Below, in pieces: positions 27,616 through 36,429 of a stretch of DNA of 55,998 bases. Each line of letters opens with the position of its first letter. The first letter of the stretch is position 1. The position numbers and the translations under genes were made by a program. The notes below the pieces were generated by a model that was not told where the DNA came from, searched no databases, and saw only the letters and a list, made by a program, of their open reading frames with translations. This stretch comes from a virus (lineage: Duplodnaviria; Caudoviricetes), in the IMG/VR virus record IMGVR_UViG_3300006802_000116, positions 1 to 55,998 of that record. One strand, 5' to 3'.

Positions 27616-28112
27616 TGGCATCCTTTTTAGACCAAGCACGGCGAGATCTGATTGACAGCGGCTTCAAGCGGCAGGCATTCACAGATCAGACGTTCACAAC
27701 TTCGCCCCTGGTGAATGCCAAGGGGTATCGGGCGCAATCGGGTAGCGAGGCATCCGAAGTCGCCCCCTTGCTGATGGATCCTGCTTTGCGGAGTACGTCC
27801 GGTAGCGACGCACTGGGGGCTAGGCCGCTAAAGAACGCAGCACTCAGTGGACGCTTTGCTGGTGATGCCCTGCTGGGTCTAACGCAGGCGGAGGAAGCAC
27901 GTCGCCAGGCGGAGGCACAAAAGGAGGCCGCCGCCGCTAGGAATCGGGGGAGCACGATCGGGACAGTCTTGCAAACGGTTGGCACGATCGCAGGGCTGGC
28001 GTTATGCGATGAGCGGCTGAAGTGCGACATTGCGCCTCTGGAAAGTGTGCATGCGGGTGATGAGCTGAGCGATTTGGCTTGGGCGGTGAAGGAAATTCGT
28101 GAGCGCTCTTGA
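27606..28112 (+). CDS. Putative virion protein ending in the N-terminal motif of an S74 chaperone (CDERLKCDI)
   Basis: CDERLKCDIAPLE resembles SDxRLKxNIxxI. Confidence 0.6.
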   Translation: MAVMASFLDQARRDLIDSGFKRQAFTDQTFTTSPLVNAKGYRAQSGSEASEVAPLLMDPALRSTSGSDALGARPLKNAALSGRFAGDALLGLTQAEEARRQAEAQKEAAAARNRGSTIGTVLQTVGTIAGLALCDERLKCDIAPLESVHAGDELSDLAWAVKEIRERS

Positions 28113-28323
28113 GCGGGTACTAGCGCTTCAGCCGATTCAGTTTCGGTATCTGGAATCAGTTGATGCCTCGGGGCTCGAGCGCGCGGGATTCAGTGCGCAG
28201 CAGGTGCGAGAGGTGATCCCAGAGGCCGTGATCGAAATCAACGGCATTGTGGCGCTGGACCTCGGTGTGATCAGGCAACTGGTCGAGGAGGCGCGGAAAG
28301 AAATGGCGCAGATTGGTTCCTAG
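28099..28323 (+). CDS. Stand-alone peptidase S74/intramolecular chaperone body
   Basis: SALERVLALQPIQFRY...GFSAQQVREVIPEAV; AAGGA RBS before GTG. Confidence 0.72.
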   Translation: MSALERVLALQPIQFRYLESVDASGLERAGFSAQQVREVIPEAVIEINGIVALDLGVIRQLVEEARKEMAQIGS

Positions 28324-28360
28324 AATCGAAAGATAGAACCGCGCCGTTCAGTAGACGTCG

Positions 28361-29104
28361 ATGACTCTGTATATCGAGGAACCTGGTAGCGGGCTGCTCT
28401 TGCCAGGCGGTGTTCGACAACCGCGATCGACGGAGAGTAACAGGCCATTGGATGCCGCCGCCGCGGCGCTCAATGGAGCGGATCTATGGGCCAGAAAAGC
28501 CGGCGACAAGCTTTTGGGTTTGATCGGAAAGCCGAATGCGTCGGGCGGCTGGAGCCCCCGCTATGGGCGATTGGCAGGTCTTGGCACATTGATGGCCCTG
28601 GCCTCCGCTGCAAGTGAACTGAATGACCCGACAGAGTCGGCGGGCCGCAACGTGGCCCAGGCTGTGGGCACTGGCGGAGGGAGCCTGGCCGGCGGGGCAC
28701 TGGGTGGCGCTGCTGCGGGCGCGATGCTGTCTGGCCCCTTGGCGCCAGTGGGCGCGTTGGTCGGCGCCGGCCTCGGTGCGGCACTGGGCGGAACGGCTGG
28801 TCGCGGCCTCATGGACGCACTAGCTGGTGTCGTGGAGGGCAGTCCCGAGGAGCAAGCCTTGCGCTTGGCGCAGAAGCAGGCAGATGCACAGCTTGCGATG
28901 GATCTCAAGCGCGCGCAGACCATGCTGCCAGTGCAGAACATGGCATCAGAGCTGGCGCTGCAGAACGACCGTCAACGCGCGGAAATTGCGGCTCAGCTTC
29001 AGTCCAGGCAGATGATGCAGCAGACGCTGGCCAATGCTTTATTGGCGCAGCAGCAAGCTGGCGCGAATCAGAACGCTCTCCTCACGCAATCGATCCTTAG
29101 CTAG
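28361..29104 (+). CDS. Glycine-zipper protein, putative ejection/membrane-penetrating virion protein
   Basis: GGSLAGGALGGAAAGA...GALVGAGLGAALGG followed by a Gln-rich coiled coil. Confidence 0.6.
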   Translation: MTLYIEEPGSGLLLPGGVRQPRSTESNRPLDAAAAALNGADLWARKAGDKLLGLIGKPNASGGWSPRYGRLAGLGTLMALASAASELNDPTESAGRNVAQAVGTGGGSLAGGALGGAAAGAMLSGPLAPVGALVGAGLGAALGGTAGRGLMDALAGVVEGSPEEQALRLAQKQADAQLAMDLKRAQTMLPVQNMASELALQNDRQRAEIAAQLQSRQMMQQTLANALLAQQQAGANQNALLTQSILS

Positions 29105-29106
29105 TC

Positions 29107-29550
29107 ATGGCATTCGACGGCGGCATCGCAGCCTCTTATCTGGCGAGTTTCCGTCCGGTCACGCCGGTCGAAGGCTTTGACAGCGTGCTGAGCAATACGG
29201 CGACGAGCACCTTTGGCTTGATCCCGTTCAAGAACATGGAGCTGCAGGGTCAACTCGCCAATACGGCACTGGCAGAGCGGGGCGCGACCAACCGCCAGCA
29301 GATTGTGTTGGACGCCCAGGCTGAACAGAATGACATCACGCGCCGAGCCAATCGGCGGACGGCGGCGCTGCAGCTAGCGGGGCAGATGTTCGGGATGGGC
29401 GCTGGGGATATTGCAACCGCCGACCCCTTGCAGATGAAGGAGGCTGTTGATGCGCTACTGACGTCAGCACGTGCTCGACGAGCAGATAGAACCGCCCGAC
29501 CGTATGCGGGTGTCGCAGCGGCGTTGCGTTCGCTGACGCCGTTGTCGTAG
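29107..29550 (+). CDS. Putative virion protein
   Basis: 147 aa in the late operon. Confidence 0.55.
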   Translation: MAFDGGIAASYLASFRPVTPVEGFDSVLSNTATSTFGLIPFKNMELQGQLANTALAERGATNRQQIVLDAQAEQNDITRRANRRTAALQLAGQMFGMGAGDIATADPLQMKEAVDALLTSARARRADRTARPYAGVAAALRSLTPLS

Positions 29551-29594
29551 CGAAGCGTCATTAGGATGGGTGTACGAGATATTCTCAGCGGCAA

Positions 29595-30179
29595 ATGGCG
29601 GACTTCTGGGGTGACGTAGGGAGCGCCTGGAAAAATAAGCTGTACGAAACGTTCACCGGTCAGTCGGCGCCCGGCACCAATACGCGCCAACTGAGTGATC
29701 TGCAGCGAACCCTGCAGCAGACGGTGCTCCAGTCCGCACTGGATGAGGCGAAAAAGAAGAATCCGCAGATGACCCCTCAACAGCAGCTGGATCTGGCTGT
29801 TGAGACCGGCAGTCGGATGAACCAGCTCGCTGTGGACAAGGGGCTGGCCGACCTCAAGCTAGCCGGTGGCACGAGCCTACTGGATGTCCTGGGCCAGAAA
29901 ACCGACATAGCTGATCGCAGCTATGGCAACAGGCTGAGTAGCGAGACAGCCAGCCGCAAGGACCTGATGGGCGCAGAGGCCGAGCAGCGTCTTCGGCTGA
30001 TGGGCGGAACCCCGGTTGAGCTGGAGAAGTACCTCGCCGATAGCGATGCTTCTCTCGCTCGTGACTACATGGCCTACGCCAGTCAAACCCAGGATCGGGG
30101 CATCAAAGCGCAACAACAAGGCCGAGTGCTGCCTTTCATTGGCGGTCTCCTGGCCACTGCGGCCAGCCTCTTCGCCTGA
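29595..30179 (+). CDS. Putative virion protein
   Basis: 194 aa, hydrophobic C-terminus. Confidence 0.55.
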   Translation: MADFWGDVGSAWKNKLYETFTGQSAPGTNTRQLSDLQRTLQQTVLQSALDEAKKKNPQMTPQQQLDLAVETGSRMNQLAVDKGLADLKLAGGTSLLDVLGQKTDIADRSYGNRLSSETASRKDLMGAEAEQRLRLMGGTPVELEKYLADSDASLARDYMAYASQTQDRGIKAQQQGRVLPFIGGLLATAASLFA

Positions 30180-30191
30180 CGGAGTCGAACG

Positions 30192-30911
30192 ATGTCTTAC
30201 GCAAATCCGAACAGGCAGAACCGGCAGGACGCCCGCCAGAGGGCCCAGAGCCAGCAGAACAGTCGGCGACGGAACCGTGGCGGTTCTGGCCAGCAAGCGC
30301 CCGCGGCGACCACGCCAAGCACGACGCCCGCGGCCGCTGCAGCCTCTTCCTCTGGCACGGCACCCGCCGCAGTCGCGAACGCTCCTGCTGCCACTCAATC
30401 GAGGCAGGGAGGCGGCTCGTTCTCCACGGTGCCAGGCGAGCTCATCAATCAGGGCCTGGGTGGGCTCACCCAGTGGGGCAACACCTACGGCAAGGACAAC
30501 GAGACGGTTGGCGGACTTGTGCATGGCGCAATCGCTGACATCTACAAGACGCAGGCGAATACTGGTCTGGCTATTCAGTACAACGACGCCTTCCTCGGCT
30601 CCCTGGGTAAATACCAGGCCGGTCAGGAAGACCTAAAAACCGGCAATACCATGAAGCTCATGGGCCTCGAAGGTGCACTCGCCAGCAACCTGCTGGGCCG
30701 GCAAGGGGAAGAGCAACGTGCTGGCTACCGTGTGCAGGGAGAGGAGCAACGTGCTGGTTACCGCACACAGGGAGAAGAGCAGCGCGCCGGTTATCGCACG
30801 ATGGGCGAGCAGGAACGTCTCACACAAGGCGATAAGACAAACCAAGAGTTGCGGCTGCGAGCGGATGCCAGGGGCGCGATACGTTCACAGGGTGCTCGCT
30901 TCTATGGTTGA
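30192..30911 (+). CDS. Putative virion protein with 11-aa tandem repeats
   Basis: QGEEQRAGYR(V/T) x3 plus a partial copy. Confidence 0.65.
   Translation: MSYANPNRQNRQDARQRAQSQQNSRRRNRGGSGQQAPAATTPSTTPAAAAASSSGTAPAAVANAPAATQSRQGGGSFSTVPGELINQGLGGLTQWGNTYGKDNETVGGLVHGAIADIYKTQANTGLAIQYNDAFLGSLGKYQAGQEDLKTGNTMKLMGLEGALASNLLGRQGEEQRAGYRVQGEEQRAGYRTQGEEQRAGYRTMGEQERLTQGDKTNQELRLRADARGAIRSQGARFYG
30702..30818 (+). repeat. 33-bp tandem repeat (3 copies plus a partial copy)
   Basis: ca(a/g)gg.ga.gagca.cg.gc.gg.ta.cg... units. Confidence 0.8.
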
Positions 30912-31420
30912 TGACGACAACGCCTGAAGGACCGGTCCCCATTTTCCTGGCGGCCCTCGATAGCGACCGCCGCGAAGGATTCCTGAATTACGCCGAGCAC
31001 ACATACTCGATCTACGAGATCTGGCTGTATGCGACGGTGCTCGGGTATCAGGACAGTTTCACGGCGCTGGAGAAGTGGGTCAATAAGTTCTACCGGAAAC
31101 TGAATCGCCGCGAACTGCTGCTGGGCGAGATCTGCAAGCTGGAGGCGGACATCGACTTTCTGCGGCAACAGGTGCAGGCCGACCTGGTCAAACCTGATGC
31201 GGCCGCATCTCGCATCGCGCACCTCTCCAAGGAGCTGCGCGGCCATGTCGCCGAAGTCGAGCGAATGAATAGGACCACTGATCGACGCGGCTTGATCATG
31301 GCCGGGGCTGATCGGGTGCTGCGCGAGCTGAAAGTGATCTTCAAGGGTAATGACGACATGCTCAACGCCCTGGATCTGGCCGGAGAATCGGTATGGAAGC
31401 TGCTGACGGACGAGGGTTGA
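30908..31420 (+). CDS. Terminase small subunit (putative)
   Basis: 170-aa helical protein directly upstream of TerL; call is positional. Confidence 0.5.
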   Translation: MMTTTPEGPVPIFLAALDSDRREGFLNYAEHTYSIYEIWLYATVLGYQDSFTALEKWVNKFYRKLNRRELLLGEICKLEADIDFLRQQVQADLVKPDAAASRIAHLSKELRGHVAEVERMNRTTDRRGLIMAGADRVLRELKVIFKGNDDMLNALDLAGESVWKLLTDEG

Positions 31421-31456
31421 GCAGGCGCCTGCCGCGTCGGGTGAAACGGGTAGATT

Positions 31457-33001
31457 GTGGCTATGCCCGCAAGCTCAGCCGCACTTGCCTTACGCCGTAG
31501 CGCGCAGCTGGCGGCACGGTCGATCGTCAAGGAGGTGGAGGTCGAGATTGAAGAGACCCCGCCTCACATCCTGAAGGCCCGCGAAAGCTTTAGCCATTTC
31601 TGCACGCTGATGGGCAAGCCGCCTGCGCGGCACATGAAGGAATGGCACAAGGCATTTCTGACCGGGCAAAGCAATGACCACCTGCTGGATATAGCCGGCC
31701 CGAACACTTGCTTGCTCGCGAGCAGGGGTAGCGCCAAAAGTACGGTGCTCGGCTTATTGCTGGGTTGGCTGATTGGCCGCCATGCAATGGCCAAGAAGCT
31801 GTTGCGGATTCTCTACGTCTCGTACAACGTTGACGTAGCCCGGAACAAGAGTGCAGCAATCAAGAACCTGATTCTCTCGAAGGAATACCAAGAGGTCTTC
31901 CCGAGTGTTCGCCTGTCCAAGACGAGGACGTCGGATGAGCTATGGAGCATCGACTGGGAGCACGCCGAGGTTGACGTGCGTGGTGAGGATGCCTTCACGA
32001 TCGCCTGCGCTGGCCTGAAGGGCACGATCACCTCCAAGCGAAGTTCGTTGATTGTGGTGGATGACGCGATCAAGAGCGCGGCCTCGATCGCCAATCCAGA
32101 CATTCGCCGCGAGATGGAGACGAACTGGACAAACGTGATCGTGCCGACCATGTTCCAGGGTGCGCGGGCGATCGCCCTGGGCACTCGATTCCACTTCGAC
32201 GATCTGTTCGCGACGATCTTCACGGAGAAGAAGGGCTGGAAGATCATCACCCAGTCCGCCCTGCGCTACGACGATGACGGCCGCCCCCGCTCTTACTGGC
32301 CGGAGATGTGGTCGACCAAGTACCTGCTGAAACTGCAGCAGGACGACCGCATCGCCTTCTCGTACCAGTACCTCAACCAGCCGGTGCGAACGGCAGAGCT
32401 AGGCGTCAGTCCGGAATTATTCGTGCGCGGAGAGGTGCCCGACACCTACGACACGATCGGCGTGGGCATTGACCTCTCGGCCGGCATGAGCGAGCGCAAC
32501 GACTGGACCGTGTTCACGTTGGCTGGCCGCGTCGATGACAAGTGTTACGTGATCGACTACAAGCGGATGCGCTCGATGGGCAATCTCGAGAAAGTCGAGG
32601 CCCTCTGCGAGCTCCTGCTGGAGTGGAATCTGCTAGCGACCAACGACGCAGGCCAATACTTCCCGACGAACTCGCCGGTAGTGATCTGGCCAGAGGTGGT
32701 GGCGTATCAGAAGAGCTTCGAGGGTGACCTAAAGCGGGTGCTGTTCAACGAATGGGGGCTGCACAACCTGTCGGTCTCACCGGTCAAGGGCTTTCGCGGC
32801 GACAAGCTGGCGCGGCTGCGGGGCATCCTGGGTCTATTTCAGGCCAAGAAGATCATCTTCAACAAGTACCGCGACTTCAGCTGCATGATCGATGAGATCA
32901 CCAACTTCGGCCATAGCCCACACGATGACTGTGCCGACAGCTTGAACATCGTGGTGCAGGGCCTGATGCGCCGCGGTGCTGCGCAAGTTGAGTGGACCTA
33001 A
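31457..33001 (+). CDS. terL: Terminase large subunit
   Basis: ASRGSAKST Walker A, LIVVDD Walker B, GTRFHFDDL, GIDLS nuclease, HDDCADS. Confidence 0.93.
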   Translation: MAMPASSAALALRRSAQLAARSIVKEVEVEIEETPPHILKARESFSHFCTLMGKPPARHMKEWHKAFLTGQSNDHLLDIAGPNTCLLASRGSAKSTVLGLLLGWLIGRHAMAKKLLRILYVSYNVDVARNKSAAIKNLILSKEYQEVFPSVRLSKTRTSDELWSIDWEHAEVDVRGEDAFTIACAGLKGTITSKRSSLIVVDDAIKSAASIANPDIRREMETNWTNVIVPTMFQGARAIALGTRFHFDDLFATIFTEKKGWKIITQSALRYDDDGRPRSYWPEMWSTKYLLKLQQDDRIAFSYQYLNQPVRTAELGVSPELFVRGEVPDTYDTIGVGIDLSAGMSERNDWTVFTLAGRVDDKCYVIDYKRMRSMGNLEKVEALCELLLEWNLLATNDAGQYFPTNSPVVIWPEVVAYQKSFEGDLKRVLFNEWGLHNLSVSPVKGFRGDKLARLRGILGLFQAKKIIFNKYRDFSCMIDEITNFGHSPHDDCADSLNIVVQGLMRRGAAQVEWT

Positions 33002-33010
33002 AATCAACCA

Positions 33011-35212
33011 ATGAGCCAGCCTAAATCCGAGCGTTTCCGGCGCATCCTTGAGGCCGCGCGCAAGCGTGACGGCAACAGCGGCACGGACACGATGATCGTG
33101 AACTCGCATCTCGCGCAGATGCGGATGTTCATGCTGCGACAGGGGCTGGAGTTCTACCCGGCTCAGGATACCTTCGGCTTCCGCAAGTCGTTCCTGGCTG
33201 CCCTGATCGAGGAGAACGAGATTGACGCTCGCCTCGAGGGCATCGTCGATGACTTCCTGATTGACGGTAAGGGGCTCTGGTATTTCCGCCCGGTGCGGGA
33301 CACCTACCGGCTGATGTGGTTCAGCCGCGACAACTACCGCGCCTATTACGACGCCGCCGGTCAGCTGGAAGAGGTAGAGCTGATCTACAGCTTCTCGGTG
33401 CGTGACGGCATGGGCGGCATGGCGGCCTTGGCGGGCGATGGTGGTTCGCTGCGCTACGTCAAGCTGCAGGTGCGTCGTGACGTGATCAAGGAGTCGATCA
33501 CCACTGAGAAGCCGAGCTTCGACGTGGGCGTGAGCAGCCTGAACTACGCCCCGACCGGCACCCGTACGCTCACCAACAGCCTGGGCTTCATCCCGGCGGT
33601 CGAGGCGTTCAACAACATGCGCTCGACGGGCATGGATGCCTCGGGCGAGTTTGACTGGCTGAGCGACCACATCGTCACGCACGACGACCTGGTCAAGAAC
33701 ATCCGCGCCAACATCACCTTCTACGGCAACCCGACCCTGGTCTCAAGCCGGCCCAAGCAGGATCTGGTGGAGGCGGGCGATAGCGAGGAGTTCCGCCCGA
33801 CCATCTCGTCCCAGGCCGGCTTCTACGCCGCCAATCGTCCATCGACGCGGGTGAGCAGCCCACTGGGGAGCGGCACGGGTCCTGGCATGCGTGTGCCGCG
33901 GATCATCGCCAACATCGAGGCCACCGACCGCGTTGCTTACATCACGCCCGATGCCGTCTCGGGCGATCAGAACCTCTACGCCCGGCAGTACCGCGAGGAG
34001 CTGCGCAGTGCCCTGGGCGGCGTGGATGAGCTGGGCGTGAGCACCGGCGCGACCGCCTATGAAATCAAGTCGCTCTTCGGGCGAGCGGCAACGACGGCGT
34101 CACGCAAGTGCCGCGGTCTACTGACCTACGGTTTGTGCAAGCTGCTGGCGCTGATTCTCTTCCACGAAGAGCAGATCTTCAAGGATTCGTTTGCAGCGGC
34201 CATCAAGCTCGAAAAGCCGCCGATTCCCCTGCGGGAGGAGTTCCCGGACGCCCAGCAGTTTGAAGACGCGGTGGCGCAATTCCGCGAGGCATTCGCATCC
34301 TTTGAGCAGGCTCTCGACCAGAAGATCGGCGAGGCCGTTCAGAACCGCTCCCTGCCGCCCGGCGTGGTTGGTTTGATCCCCGACGGCGATCGCAAGGTGG
34401 ACTGGCGTTGGCTGGGTCCGGTGTTTGAGGAGTCCACGGAAGATATACTGAACTCAAGCATTGTCGTGCGCAACCTTCAGGAACTCGGCGTCAACAGCAT
34501 CGAGGCCCTGAGGTACCTCTTCCCGGATAAAACCGACGAAGAACGCAGCTCGATGCTCAGTGGCTACCCATTCCGGATGGCGCAGGCCACACAACAAAGC
34601 ATTGGCACCTTCCTGACGCTGATCCAAAACATGCGTCAGATCCCGCATCCACAGGCTCCGGACCTGCCCCTGTTGGCGGACCCCAAACTCGATTTGACGC
34701 CCTACGTCTATCGAGCCCTTGATTTCCTTAAGCGAGAACTGACCTATGCAGGACAGTACAACGATGGCGACGGCAGTGGCGACCCCGCAGCCCTCGATCC
34801 CATCCAGCGTGGCCGCGCCGACCGTGGCCTCCCCGCAGCAGACAGCGGCCCAAGCTTCGTACCCGACGGCCCAGGCCTATACACCGGAGGCGCCGGTTTC
34901 GGCACCCCAGGCCAACCCATGGCAGGCGGCGTACCAGGGGCTCCTCGCCAGTCTGAGCGGGACGCAACCCTCCCAGCCCCAGGCGTACTCCTCGCCGCAG
35001 ATCCCACAGGCGGCCCCTATCCCGGCGGCCTACCCGCAGGCAGCAGTGAGCTACCAGGCGGCTCCATCCGTTACGGCGCCGCTGACCTCGCTGTACCCAC
35101 AAACGCAGGCCTATTCCCAGGCGACTCCGGCACAGGCTCCGAGCTACAGCAGCGCGCCGAGCGCAGCCGCGAGCGACGAGTATCTCCAAAGCGTCAGCAA
35201 CGAAAGCCTTGA
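33011..35212 (+). CDS. Portal protein
   Basis: Follows TerL; large protein; DWRWLGPVFEE-like and NSIVVRNLQELG segments; low-complexity C-terminal extension. Confidence 0.75.
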   Translation: MSQPKSERFRRILEAARKRDGNSGTDTMIVNSHLAQMRMFMLRQGLEFYPAQDTFGFRKSFLAALIEENEIDARLEGIVDDFLIDGKGLWYFRPVRDTYRLMWFSRDNYRAYYDAAGQLEEVELIYSFSVRDGMGGMAALAGDGGSLRYVKLQVRRDVIKESITTEKPSFDVGVSSLNYAPTGTRTLTNSLGFIPAVEAFNNMRSTGMDASGEFDWLSDHIVTHDDLVKNIRANITFYGNPTLVSSRPKQDLVEAGDSEEFRPTISSQAGFYAANRPSTRVSSPLGSGTGPGMRVPRIIANIEATDRVAYITPDAVSGDQNLYARQYREELRSALGGVDELGVSTGATAYEIKSLFGRAATTASRKCRGLLTYGLCKLLALILFHEEQIFKDSFAAAIKLEKPPIPLREEFPDAQQFEDAVAQFREAFASFEQALDQKIGEAVQNRSLPPGVVGLIPDGDRKVDWRWLGPVFEESTEDILNSSIVVRNLQELGVNSIEALRYLFPDKTDEERSSMLSGYPFRMAQATQQSIGTFLTLIQNMRQIPHPQAPDLPLLADPKLDLTPYVYRALDFLKRELTYAGQYNDGDGSGDPAALDPIQRGRADRGLPAADSGPSFVPDGPGLYTGGAGFGTPGQPMAGGVPGAPRQSERDATLPAPGVLLAADPTGGPYPGGLPAGSSELPGGSIRYGAADLAVPTNAGLFPGDSGTGSELQQRAERSRERRVSPKRQQRKP

Positions 35213-35726
35213 GGTCCTGCAGCACTTCGGTGCAGAAGCTCCGGCACTGCTGAACCGCTACGCCTGTGTCGTCGAGGATGCCCTGCTGGCTCAGGCCCGT
35301 CAGACGGCCGAGACGATGCAGCAGCTGCAAACCCTGCAGGGACAGCTGGGCCAGTCGCACGGTGTCATCGCCGCCGCCGCTGAGGACAATGCCGCGTATC
35401 ACACGCTGCTGACCAACCCGGACCTGCTGGCTGATTACGTCAACGAGTTCTACGGCCCGAACGGTCCCTACCCGACCGAGACCTCGCAGGACCGCCTGGC
35501 TGCAGAGGTGGCCGCCAACGAGCGCGTCATGCCCGCAGCAGCTCCGGCCTACCAGCGCCCGCAAATGCCGATGCCCTCTCCTGAAGTGCAGGCCTCCTCG
35601 GGTGGCGATGACTTCTGGTCCGTGTTCTCGCAGATCAGTGATCGCAATCCCGCCGCCGCCTGGCAGATCCTGTCGCAGGCGACCCCCGAGGCCCTGCGCT
35701 CCAAGGTGCTGGTCTCCGAGGGCTGA
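34746..35726 (+). CDS. Capsid scaffolding protein (putative)
   Basis: P/Q/A-rich N-terminus, coiled coil, located between portal and capsid; overlaps the portal 3' end. Confidence 0.6.
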   Translation: MQDSTTMATAVATPQPSIPSSVAAPTVASPQQTAAQASYPTAQAYTPEAPVSAPQANPWQAAYQGLLASLSGTQPSQPQAYSSPQIPQAAPIPAAYPQAAVSYQAAPSVTAPLTSLYPQTQAYSQATPAQAPSYSSAPSAAASDEYLQSVSNESLEVLQHFGAEAPALLNRYACVVEDALLAQARQTAETMQQLQTLQGQLGQSHGVIAAAAEDNAAYHTLLTNPDLLADYVNEFYGPNGPYPTETSQDRLAAEVAANERVMPAAAPAYQRPQMPMPSPEVQASSGGDDFWSVFSQISDRNPAAAWQILSQATPEALRSKVLVSEG

Positions 35727-35765
35727 TTTCGTCGTGTCACGCCCCGCTGCGGCGGGGTCTTCCCT

Positions 35766-36095
35766 ATGAACCTCCCTCGTATTAACCCCGACGCACTGGG
35801 CATGAACCAGGCTTCGGGTTCTCCGTCTGCTGAGCAGCTGCGGCAGTCCATGCAGCAGCTGGCCTCCAAGCAGCAGGCCATGCAAGTGCCCGCCCAGACG
35901 CAGGCAATTGCTGGCCTGCAACAGGCGGCTACCCAGCAAATGGCGGAGGTCAACACCCGTCAGCAGCTGGCTGAGCAGGTCCTGCAAAACGCCAAGCTCA
36001 AACTGATGGAGCGCACGGGTCCAATGCCTGGAATGGGTGCAATTGCGGCTCATCAGGATCCCCGCGCACTGCTTGCCGCCATCGGGATGGGTTAG
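35766..36095 (+). CDS. Gln-rich hypothetical protein
   Basis: 109 aa. Confidence 0.55.
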   Translation: MNLPRINPDALGMNQASGSPSAEQLRQSMQQLASKQQAMQVPAQTQAIAGLQQAATQQMAEVNTRQQLAEQVLQNAKLKLMERTGPMPGMGAIAAHQDPRALLAAIGMG

Positions 36096-36135
36096 ATCCG
36101 ATCTCGTTAGATTAGGTCTACTGCGGACAACGTGA

Positions 36136-36429
36136 ATGCGATTGGCCGGTAGCCCCGAGGTTTACGATGCCCTGGCTCGGCAGTACGTCGGTCAGGGCAT
36201 TCCTCGTGTCGCGGCTGATCATCTCGCCGCAGAGGTGCTCACCGATGGCGATGCCGTCGATACGCGCACGGACACCTTTTTCCGTCTCTACGAGCTATTG
36301 CAGTCCAAGGGCTACAGCGAAAATGCTGCTCAGCATCTGGCCGTAGAAATGATGGAAGGCCGTGAACCCATGGCCGCTAGTACCCGCCGCTTTGCCGGAA
36401 TTTATGGCGACGCATCCGCAGACGCTTGA
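36136..36429 (+). CDS. Hypothetical protein with internal duplication (AADHLAAE/AAQHLAVE)
   Basis: 97 aa, downstream of TAGATT. Confidence 0.6.
   Translation: MRLAGSPEVYDALARQYVGQGIPRVAADHLAAEVLTDGDAVDTRTDTFFRLYELLQSKGYSENAAQHLAVEMMEGREPMAASTRRFAGIYGDASADA

Noticed and set aside
28040-28102. T4 gene 60-like translational bypass joining the S74 halves
   Set aside because: There is no matched take-off/landing codon followed by a stop, and the downstream ORF has its own RBS and GTG.
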